From NCBI GenBank assembly GCA_002811645.1, contig PDIP01000010.1, positions 62,001 to 126,000 on the forward strand: DNA of 64,000 nt. Direction: 5' to 3'. Source of the DNA: Corallochytrium limacisporum Hawaii (Eukaryota > Protista > Pluriformea). The notes under the pieces were generated by a model. That model ran no database searches. It was not told the origin of the DNA and saw only the letters and a list, made by a program, of their open reading frames with translations. Positions 54,801 to 64,000 of the stretch are shown here, piece after piece. Each line of letters begins with the position of its first letter. Position 1 is the stretch's first letter. The translations under genes and the position numbers were made by a program.

Positions 54801-57800
54801 CAATGGTGCCAATTTGCTCCATGGTAAACAGCATTCGCCAATGACAGCCACCCACAGCTCAGAATCGATCAGGGGGACAGTGTCTATTCATAGCGTAGGC
54901 GCAGCTAGGTAAGTGGCGCGGTTGTGGCACTAAATTAGCCCCTGCACGCACCTTACACGTAGACCACAGTTTCTGAAACCTCAAAACCCATCATCAATCC
55001 AACAGCATCCGCGCGACAAAAGGGTCGGCTGCCGGCAGACAGTAGACTCGCGCGGCCCATACCTGCCCAAACAGTTCACTTTCTTCCAGTTTTAGAAGAG
55101 AGCAGAACGAGAAATTGGTGAAGAATGTTGTAACTGAAAGAGACGAAGGGAATGGAAGGAAAACGGTACAAACCGAACCAAGAAAAAAATTAGAGCGCCA
55201 AGGACAAGCCCTCATCGAATGACTCCTTGCCGAAAGATGATCGCAGTCCTTGGGAGGTCCAATCGTAGCCTGAGCCCATAGAGCCATACCCACACTGGAA
55301 TAACTCCATCAAAATGCGTTCTCAAAAGGCGCAAGCGGCTGACTCTGATGCATTCCATCAGCAAAACGCAAGGCATGGATTCACACACAGTTCCAACAGA
55401 CACATCTTGTGTGTGCCAAGTATTCATCTGCTACGCGAAGCTTACGTATACGAACGCAGATCGCTCTCACACAGCAACGCTCATGCAGAATAGTCTAAGT
55501 GCAGGGAACATCGGGTCCCACTACAAAATCTGATGCAGAGAGAGCGAGAGAGAGTCCATGGCCAAGCTGACATACAGAACGATCACGTTGATGTATGTAA
55601 AGGCTGGTGACGAGGCAATGGCTTCTGGATGCTCGTGGATGATGATGGAGAGACTCTTGTTAGACAGTCCCACCATGATGATCCGTCCGAAACAAATGAA
55701 AGACCTCACGCGAAGGCGTTGTGCTGTGTCCACGAAGACAGTATTCCGTAACACGTCTAGATCCACTTCCCTTTTGAAGCCGTAGTTTTGACGAATTGGT
55801 CAAGCGAGTCCCTCGTACTGTCAGTATTGAAACCTGACGAGTATGAACATGCCATGAATTTTGCGTGCGCCTTCTACGCCGAGGTTATAGTGTAGAAAGA
55901 ACGCATAATAGATCTAGACTCTGACTGCTCTCTGTTGTGCTTCGTAGCATATTTCACTGTACTTTCAGTATGAGGGAAAGGAAGAGGGTGTATGGGCGGG
56001 TCTCAAGTATCACTCGAGCAAGCTCGAGTGTAGGGTGACCTTGGGTCTTCAGTTCCGCGCAAAATACGATTTCGGACACTTCCCTGTGTCCCTGAGATTC
56101 ACGTCAGTCTTCAGTAGTAAATACATTGGAAAAACTTCACATGTATAAGACCTTCCTATTATGGAAAGCAGCATCGAGCTCTTTTCTAACAGGTATCTCT
56201 GAGATGTTAACAAGTTAGGGGACTGTTTCCCATATATAATGCGGGGATGTTCTAATCAATACTGACAGTCTCGACGTATGCTTGAGAGGTTGAAACATTG
56301 AGCTGCGATCGCCAAACGCTCGAGTTCCACAGTTTTCCGGGGTAATGCGGACTGTGCGAGAATAACGAATGTCGTCGTTCACGACGGCTTCGCGGGGACC
56401 ACGCGGGGCAAAACTTCCTTGAGGGTTTATTGTATTTTCTAGAGACTCGCGGTACGTTACGAATGTAAGGAAAAAAAAACAAGGCTGTCGTGTCCGACCC
56501 TTGATGTCCTCACACGACCTCTGCGCGTGCAAGTGTCGGTGTCAGCGCATATGTTGACCAGAAGAAAGCAGGCCCGGAATGCAGCCCGTAAGATCCCACT
56601 CGAACCTTCTCAACACCATAAGCGTACCTTTAGAGGCGGGGTGCAGTGGTTTGATGGTGTGGTACTTGTTGTACTCATGCAAAATGCACGCAACGGATAG
56701 GGTGTCTCCTAGCATCCCAGGTTCTGCATCCCTCTCAAGCGCGACTCCTCCCTATTTTACTTTGCATCCAGTCGACGATTTCCATAGAAAACCTACACCC
56801 TCTCCGTTTTGAATTTCGGCTTAGTCAGAAAATATACAAAAAGCGAAAGAATAATGAAGCCAGGCAACCTGGGGATGTTTGGCCTGAAAGAGTGTGCCCC
56901 ACTGGGCAAACCGCACCTTGCAAGCGCAACCCCCCCCCCCAAAAAAATATTGCTAACCCACAAATCCATCTGATATCTCTCAAAATGTCCTAACACTCAC
57001 TATTCAAATCGTGCTTCGTTAGTCTGGATGAAGTCGCATGTTTCGTGTGACACTGGAGTATCAAATAGGTTAGCTCACCTCATATATAAATCCCTGCATT
57101 GGTTCTCTGAAAATTTATCGTCTCCTGACAGCGAGCTAAACATTAGATTCAGTGTTGAACATATTGCATGAATGAAGAATTTTGGGATGTAAAAGTTGAT
57201 GGAGAGAAGAAGGTTGCTGGCTCTATGGGCCGTTCTCGCAGCGTCCCGTGCCTGCCTGTTTTCCTTCTCTGTTCATGGTCGACGAATATGCACACTGAAC
57301 CAACAGGGCTGATGTTGACCATGTCCCGAAACGCGAACGCAGCTGAAGTTCTCCGACTTGCATGGAATTCCCCCCCACGACGTTTGCGCTGGAACGAAAA
57401 AAAAATATCTTTCCGGTTTTGAATCCCCATACATTGTGTTGTACAACTCGGGATTCGGAACGGGCATGGTAAGCGTTGGGCACGGGACATTGAACTGCTA
57501 ACGTCGAAGCCGATAGCGGCGAAATTTTTTTTTTTTTTTGAATTCAAAGTTTTCCGTTCCGATTGTGGCTTGCGGGCGAGAAAGTTTTCCATCTTACTTA
57601 CATACTTTCATTGAATCCGGAGGCACGCAGAGAAGAGAATCCCTTCCAGACTCTCGCTGCCAACAAGAAGAGACGAAGAAAAAATTTTCCTTGCTCCCGA
57701 CACGGGACCTGCCCTTGCGAAGCGGACATTGACAGCGCGGAGGGAAAAGTTGTAAGGAGGGAATTAGAGAGTGAGAGAATTTAGAAAGACATCAAACAAC

Positions 57801-58556
57801 GTATCAAACGAGACCGGATAACTTAGAAAAGAGTTAAGAATAGAAATTCGTTTGCAATGCAAACCCAACCCTACGCAGTACCTTGAGGAAGACGCAGGAG
57901 TAAATACCGAACAGTCCTACCAATTGGTCCCCCCTCTCCTTACCTAAAGAACGGCCTTGGGACACTGTTTTCCCGCTTATCTCCTTTTCCCCCCTTTCTC
58001 TCTCCCTCACTTTTTCTCTCACTTTTGCTTTCCGGCACTTCTAGAGGTACGCCGACGGAGGGAGACGGAAAGAGGAGGGGAGGGGAAAGGCCCGAATTGT
58101 GATCACAGACTTGGAAGTTTGCGGAGGAAGGGGAGGGGGGGGGAAAGAACAAAATTGCCAGTCTGCAGCCCTGGAAGAACGGAGTAGTTTTATTATAGGG
58201 AAGGGAAAACGATGGAGACGGCGAGTCTGCACGAAAAGTTCTCACCTGTGAGTGATGAACCACCGCCTCTGCACTTGCCAGCGCGAGGAACGCACCGGCA
58301 GGAAGCAATGTAGGAGTTGGTTTCAGTTGGAGGTGCGTGCGTGGGTGATATTGAATGCGGAGTCTGTCCGTTCATCTTATTGGAAAATGTTTTTGCAAGG
58401 TGCGAGTGGCAACAAAATTGCTGTTGCCCCCGGGATGATGACATAGAAAGGTATATTAGCATCTCTATGCCGATAGAGGAATGGTTTGGAATGGTATAAA
58501 CAGAACACTAATCCCCACGATTAGCGCATTGTGTCCAGTCTCTGAAATCGAATACA

Positions 58557-59159
58557 ATGCTGATGATGTCTAACCGGGCCGGTCCCTTGGGAGTCATGTC
58601 TAATAACCACGCTGTTGGCTCTTTGCATATGCCCCAGACCCGGGGGCTTACTGCTATTGACACAATCAAGACACCTGAACTGTTCAGCGGTCAGACGGGA
58701 ACACTGAAGACCCCTGATATTATTAACATCCTCAACGCCACTCAGGAGCAGAACCCGCTGGAGCAGCAGCCGACTGAGTACCAGCGCAGCAATCTGTCCA
58801 TTGTTGAGCCTGCCCCCAAGGCTGCCGAGGAGCAGCAGCCTGTGGTGCCTCGCAAGCCCATCGTAAAGAAGAAGAAGGCCGGACGCATTCCTGAACTTCT
58901 GGGTGAGAATGAAAACAAGCCCTACGAGGAGCTGAGCGAAAAGGAGAAGAAGATCATTAAGCGCCGTGAACGCAACAAGGTTGCTGCTCTCCGTTGCCGC
59001 CAGAAGAAGCAGAAGTGGTTTGCTCAGATGCAGCAGGACCTGGAGCAGACTAAGGAGCAGAACCAGATTCTTCATATGGAACGGGAACGCCTTATTGCCA
59101 CCATTGCCGATCTTGAGCAGCGTCTATCTCGTTATGAGGGTGCCATGCAGCAGCAGTAA
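58557..59159 (+). CDS. bZIP transcription factor, Fos/ATF3-like
   Basis: EELSEKEKKIIKRRERNKVAALRCRQKK basic region followed by a heptad zipper; strongly biased codons. Confidence 0.88.
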   Translation: MLMMSNRAGPLGVMSNNHAVGSLHMPQTRGLTAIDTIKTPELFSGQTGTLKTPDIINILNATQEQNPLEQQPTEYQRSNLSIVEPAPKAAEEQQPVVPRKPIVKKKKAGRIPELLGENENKPYEELSEKEKKIIKRRERNKVAALRCRQKKQKWFAQMQQDLEQTKEQNQILHMERERLIATIADLEQRLSRYEGAMQQQ

Positions 59160-60250
59160 ATGCACTTCTCTTCGAACATCTTCCCATCGTCCGCTGGTCG
59201 GAGAAAGGGAATGAGGAACACTGACACGTGTACTTGACAATATTGAATGTTTAGATGCTTTACCTCTGGAGGATGTTCTAATATATATTTATCAATGAAT
59301 ACAGCACAGCGCAGACCAACATGTCGCTCTGCTAGTCCATGACAATAATCGACTTCGTTTTCCTTGGTCCTTTGATCAATATTGTGGTGTACACGCTCTG
59401 GTTACCTGCCACACGACGTCTATCGCCGGACATCAGTCCTACTCTCATCTCGCTCCCACTGTAACATGCTCCTTCATGTCAAATTGTGCAACGATTTAGA
59501 GATCGGACCTCTATCAGCCGCTCCCAGCTCACTCAAACCCATCCTCAAGACAGACACCAGATCTCATCTGCATTAGAAACATACAATGGCAGTCAATGAG
59601 TGCCCGAAGAATCGCAGGTGGGCCCAGTTGATTAACAGACCCGCCAGAAAGTCGGGGGGTTTCTATCCTTATCTCTGCTACTGACACCCACACTGGTGCT
59701 CTGGAACTACACATTAAGACCCACTGCAAAGTAGTGAAAGTATTGAAAAACCAAAATCCCATACACAATGTGAGAACATATCGGATGAGAGGTTAATTCG
59801 AAAATACAATCTGATTGCAATTTAGCAAAGATCAAATATTTTAAAAAAATTGATTCAATCAAAAGTTCTCACCTCCCTCCAATGTTGTAAAACGGCACAT
59901 TTTCTTTCTAGCAACACGCACGGCACACGGTGGCCCCTACCCATTGGGGATCGCCCGTGCTCCTCAAAGCTCATTGCCCTGGTGCCGGCCGAATCGTGCA
60001 GCTGTGCGAACCCGATAAGCAATATTCCTATTGACCTCGGGATACTTGGAGAGCTTGGTTAGGTACAAGATTGTTGGAAAAGAATACGTTGGCACAAAGG
60101 CAGCGATCTATGATTCCATTGTCCACTACACATGCCTTGAACAGGGTCAACAGGAAGGAGAGTGAAGTCAGAAGTTGAGCGGGAGACGGTGCAGTGTCAA
60201 TGCTCTTGTCAGAGACGGATGGCTAATGACGTAGGCTAATAACCGACAGT

Positions 60251-60919
60251 ATGATATCGTTGCAACGAATCAGCACTTTTGCCATGCGGCGCTATCAGCC
60301 ATTGGCTATGAACAGGGGGAGCCAAGTGTTCAGATCTTTCACGACCACCGGTGCATGCACACAAAAGGATGGTGACCAGAATGATGGAGAGGCATTTACT
60401 CTTAAACCCACTGGTGACCTCCCTGAATCCGATGCAGACGATGGTGATGTAGATGAACTTGACGAATTCGATGTAGAGTCTGATATTGATGAAGAACTGT
60501 TGGAGACGATCAAACGCCGGAGAATGGGTAGGGAGCAGATGGTCACTCGAGAGGAGCAGAAGGCAATCAGCGATGAATTGCAGGAACAATTCAAGAATCG
60601 TAAGCCTCTGCGCAATTACATGCGCGCTCGGTGTCTGTACTGTGGTCTGACCGGCCACTGGACGCATGACTGCCGGCAGCGGAGTATGAAGATGGACTCG
60701 GAACAGGGGCTGATCGATGACTTCTTGGGCCGTGGCGAACTCCTAGATGTTGATGCCCTGCAGGCGGACTATCTGGCTATGCTGAAGGCCAACATGAAGC
60801 AGATGCCCACAAAATTATCAAACAAAAAGAAGACCAAGGCTGAAGAGCTGGAGGACCCGAGCGCCACACAGATCAGAGGAGATACTGACAAGCTTGACAT
60901 TAGCAAGACTTTCATCTAG
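60251..60919 (+). CDS. Hypothetical mitochondria-targeted CCHC zinc-knuckle protein
   Basis: Presequence-like N-terminus (...FRSFTTT), acidic tract, CLYCGLTGHWTHDC (CX2CX4HX4C). Confidence 0.75.
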   Translation: MISLQRISTFAMRRYQPLAMNRGSQVFRSFTTTGACTQKDGDQNDGEAFTLKPTGDLPESDADDGDVDELDEFDVESDIDEELLETIKRRRMGREQMVTREEQKAISDELQEQFKNRKPLRNYMRARCLYCGLTGHWTHDCRQRSMKMDSEQGLIDDFLGRGELLDVDALQADYLAMLKANMKQMPTKLSNKKKTKAEELEDPSATQIRGDTDKLDISKTFI

Positions 60920-61011
60920 AATAGACATTGTATATTACCTACCTTCCGTTATCACTCACTGTCAGAGAGTCGAGGTTACCCAAACACACGCCTCTGAACC
61001 AGCCATGGATA

Positions 61012-63999
61012 CTAGTTGCGTCTGGTCTTTTGCTTCGAGATGCGCCACTCGTCCTTCTCGCGGAATTTGTTGAACAATGGTTCAATGCGCTCCTTGCGCT
61101 TGTGACGACTCACTTGCATGGGATCTGCGAAACGGAAAAAGGCTGGTGCCAGCTCGACCAGCCATTTGGGATGGATTCGCGTCACCTCGCGCATATACTC
61201 TCTAGATGTAAATACAAGTTCATGGTACACAACCCATTCTGGTGGATGACCCTGCAGGGCACTGGACGGATGCATAAATGCTTCTTGACCGTCTGTAATC
61301 GTCTTGTAGCCGCCCTGGGGATCCTTCTTGGCAGCGTTGAAGAAAAACCCACTGACAATGGCACGGATAACCGGGGCGGTACGATGGTTGCATGACATGA
61401 CAGGTAGACGATGACGTTCCATTATGCGATACAGTTGTCGACGGATGTCTTCGACCTTCCGCATGCTGCGGGCTTGGATAAAGTTTTCATAACACCAAGG
61501 TGTACTCTTATTGTTCCTCTTCCACGCCCTGTAAACATTGAGCAGTGTCAGATGGTCTCCCTCCGAGGATACAAACCGAGCCTTACGTTGGTCTGCCTGT
61601 GTCTGCTTTTGCTTAGGGCGGTGGAAGATGTTTGGGATGTTCAGCATGGCAACGATACTGAGAATTTCTTCACTGCAGCCAAACTCTGTGGACTGGATCA
61701 ACATTTTACTCAATGGTGGATCTAACGGGAATTCAGCCATGCGCCGACCGAGGCGAGTCAACAGGCCATCTTCATCCAGAGCCCCCAAGCAGTGTAGTGT
61801 GTCCATGGCGGCAATTAGTGTCTGCTGCGGAGGTGGGTCCATGAACTCAAAATTAAGCAGGTCATTGATCCCCATAGCCTTGAGACTCAGGACGGTTGGG
61901 GTCATGTTGGATCGCTGAATCTCAGGTACATTTGTTGACAACATTTCGTTATTAAAGGCTTCTTCGGTGTACAGCCGGAAGCATTTGCCGGGACCGGTGC
62001 GACCAGCCCGACCGGCTCTCTGTTTGGCTTGGGGCTGAGAAATGGGCACCACAACCAGCTGGTCCATATTGTTCTTGGCCTGGAACACCTTCTGCTTCAC
62101 AAATCCCGGATCCACGACGTAGTAAATGCCGTCAATAGTAATGGACGTTTCGGCAATGTTGGTGGCGATGACAACCTTCCGACTCCCCTTTGGCGTTGGC
62201 TCGAATATGCGGCTTTGCATTTCACTCGGCAAAGCGGAATAGACAGGCAAGATTATCAGCTCTGGGACCGTGGATCCCAGCTGCTTCATCCGTTCGAAAA
62301 GAATCTCACATGCAGTGTCAATCTCTTCCTGACCAGTCAGAAAAACAAGGATATCTCCAGCAGGCTCATTGAGATGAATTTGCATCACCGTGATCAATGC
62401 CGCTTCTAGGTAGTCCGATTCGGGCTCATTCACATACATGACCTGAACTGGGAACGTCCTTCCGGGTATTGTGAAAATGGGAGCGGCCAGGAAGTACTCT
62501 GAAAACTTTTCGGCCTCCAGGGTCGCACTGGTCACTATCAGTTTGAGGTCGGGCCTCGCCTTCACAGCTTTCTTCATCAAGCCAAATAGAACATCAGTAA
62601 AAAGACCACGTTCGTGAGCTTCATCGAGGATGATACAAGAGTACTCATTCAATTCAGAATCGATTAAACATTCCCTCAGCATCATACCATCTGTCATGTA
62701 CTTGATGCGCGTGGCTTTGGAGGTCATGTCATCGAAACGGATACTATAACCTACCTCTTCCCCCAACCGACATCCGTATTCGTCAGCAACACGTTGGGCT
62801 ACCGACATTGCGGCAACTCGACGGGGTTGAGTACACGCAATTCTGCCTCTTCCAAGCCCCATTTCATCAATATACTGCGTCAACTGGGTGGTCTTGCCGG
62901 AGCCGGTCTCTCCTATTACGATCAGAATTTGATTTTCTCGCACCGCATCCAGTAGCTCGGATTTGAGAGAGTATACAGGAAGAGACTGACGTTGCTTCGC
63001 AATTGTATCATTGGTTCGTCTTCCATAAGTGACATCCTTGCCAAAAGCCTTAGCCTTCCAGCTGCTCTGTCCACGAGCCCCAGCAACATTCTCATCGATT
63101 TCCTCCTTGAGCTTTCTCTGTTGTGCATTGGCCATGGGGTCGAGCCAGTTGCGGTCCAGCGCAACATCGTCGGCATTTTCAGCAAGTTCCGCCTTCAGTG
63201 CTGCATGCTTCTTTGCCTTACGTTCCTTTGCCAACTCGCCCGCCCTCACTGCTGCCATTTGCAGCTGACCATCCGGAGCACGCAAGACCTGAACATGGTC
63301 TGTGCCAGACTGGTCCTTGGCGTTCGTATTCTTTCGAAGAAATTTTTGTCCCTTCAGATACCGTGTGTGATCTTCCACAAGGTCGATCTCATAGTCTTGT
63401 TCATCGTCGCTCTCTTCTTCCTCACTTTCACTACGAGCAATGTCATCGTTTTCTGCACGAGAACCACTCAGGACTGTCCGGTCACGTACTCCTGCGGCGA
63501 CCAGTTGTCTTGCTTCCCATTTCTCATAGTCAGTGGCCTGATGCTTTGAACCACCATAACTGTCTACATTGCGATTCTCATTAAGGCCAAGTCTTGGTCC
63601 GATCGGCTCTGCGTTTGCGCCTGTGCGAACTGGACTAGCACGCCGATGAGGCCTGTCTCCTAGAGTTGGTGATCGACTTCGGCTCCGTACACGGGGTGCC
63701 TGCGATACCCTTACCTTGTTTACTATGTGTTTCGAGTCTCGGACATCTCGTCCATTTCTGCCGCCAGGCAACCTACTCAGTCCAGACTTCTCAGGAGCCA
63801 CAGCAGACGAAGGTTGTCCTCTGTATCTTGCTACCGAAGTGTAAATTTCTGACGCATCCTCTTGCGACAATGCACTGTCGCTTACTACACTCAATGCTTC
63901 TTGGAATGCATGAAAACTGTTCGCAGTGTCTGCTTCATGAAACACATACTCTGCGACATCCTTGTCATCCAACTGCAGCGCCCGCTTAAGGATCCGCTG
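61012..63999 (-). CDS. DHX8: Pre-mRNA splicing DEAH-box helicase Prp22/DHX8 (5' end outside the window)
   Basis: [34 protein letters not shown]-terminal [18 protein letters not shown]. The frame stays open to the window edge ([19 protein letters not shown]). Confidence 0.96.
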   Translation of the reverse strand, partial: QRILKRALQLDDKDVAEYVFHEADTANSFHAFQEALSVVSDSALSQEDASEIYTSVARYRGQPSSAVAPEKSGLSRLPGGRNGRDVRDSKHIVNKVRVSQAPRVRSRSRSPTLGDRPHRRASPVRTGANAEPIGPRLGLNENRNVDSYGGSKHQATDYEKWEARQLVAAGVRDRTVLSGSRAENDDIARSESEEEESDDEQDYEIDLVEDHTRYLKGQKFLRKNTNAKDQSGTDHVQVLRAPDGQLQMAAVRAGELAKERKAKKHAALKAELAENADDVALDRNWLDPMANAQQRKLKEEIDENVAGARGQSSWKAKAFGKDVTYGRRTNDTIAKQRQSLPVYSLKSELLDAVRENQILIVIGETGSGKTTQLTQYIDEMGLGRGRIACTQPRRVAAMSVAQRVADEYGCRLGEEVGYSIRFDDMTSKATRIKYMTDGMMLRECLIDSELNEYSCIILDEAHERGLFTDVLFGLMKKAVKARPDLKLIVTSATLEAEKFSEYFLAAPIFTIPGRTFPVQVMYVNEPESDYLEAALITVMQIHLNEPAGDILVFLTGQEEIDTACEILFERMKQLGSTVPELIILPVYSALPSEMQSRIFEPTPKGSRKVVIATNIAETSITIDGIYYVVDPGFVKQKVFQAKNNMDQLVVVPISQPQAKQRAGRAGRTGPGKCFRLYTEEAFNNEMLSTNVPEIQRSNMTPTVLSLKAMGINDLLNFEFMDPPPQQTLIAAMDTLHCLGALDEDGLLTRLGRRMAEFPLDPPLSKMLIQSTEFGCSEEILSIVAMLNIPNIFHRPKQKQTQADQRKARFVSSEGDHLTLLNVYRAWKRNNKSTPWCYENFIQARSMRKVEDIRRQLYRIMERHRLPVMSCNHRTAPVIRAIVSGFFFNAAKKDPQGGYKTITDGQEAFMHPSSALQGHPPEWVVYHELVFTSREYMREVTRIHPKWLVELAPAFFRFADPMQVSRHKRKERIEPLFNKFREKDEWRISKQKTRRN

Positions 64000-64000
64000 T

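Noticed and set aside
1-64000. Mobile elements, CRISPR arrays, rRNA
   Set aside because: No transposase, RT or integrase ORFs, terminal repeats, repeat-spacer arrays or rRNA signatures were seen.

Overview
Gene-dense eukaryotic nuclear DNA with two N-gaps. About 25 protein-coding genes each read as one uninterrupted ORF, mostly as convergent pairs (about 60-280 bp between stop codons) separated by divergent promoters rich in C/G runs. There is also one tRNA-Lys(UUU). Recognisable genes: a very divergent TBP-like protein, a TlpA-type thioredoxin, PGAP1/Bst1, DDRGK1, mitochondrial SHMT, DNA polymerase iota, a membrane dual-specificity phosphatase, the PP2A A subunit, pantothenate synthetase, two bZIP factors, RBM19/Mrd1, an F-box/WD40 protein, MZT1, MRPS6, DCAF7, RPN7, MTHFS, a BRD8-like protein, U1-70K, eL42 and PRP22 (5'-truncated by the window). 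The mix of animal-like genes (DDRGK1, ATF2-like and Fos/ATF3-like bZIPs, BRD8) with pantothenate synthesis and intronless CDSs suggests an intron-poor unicellular holozoan such as Corallochytrium; this is inference and is not verified. Most notable observations: (1) a TBP paralog that has lost most DNA-intercalating residues yet has ribosomal-protein-like codon bias; (2) a candidate structured, possibly spliced ncRNA locus at about 780-1745; (3) 8-10 kb ORF-free regions only in front of the two bZIP genes; (4) key-residue substitutions in the bZIP, bromodomain and DDRGK proteins; (5) an ATF4-like uORF layout; (6) candidate 5'-leader introns, one of which could switch mitochondrial targeting.
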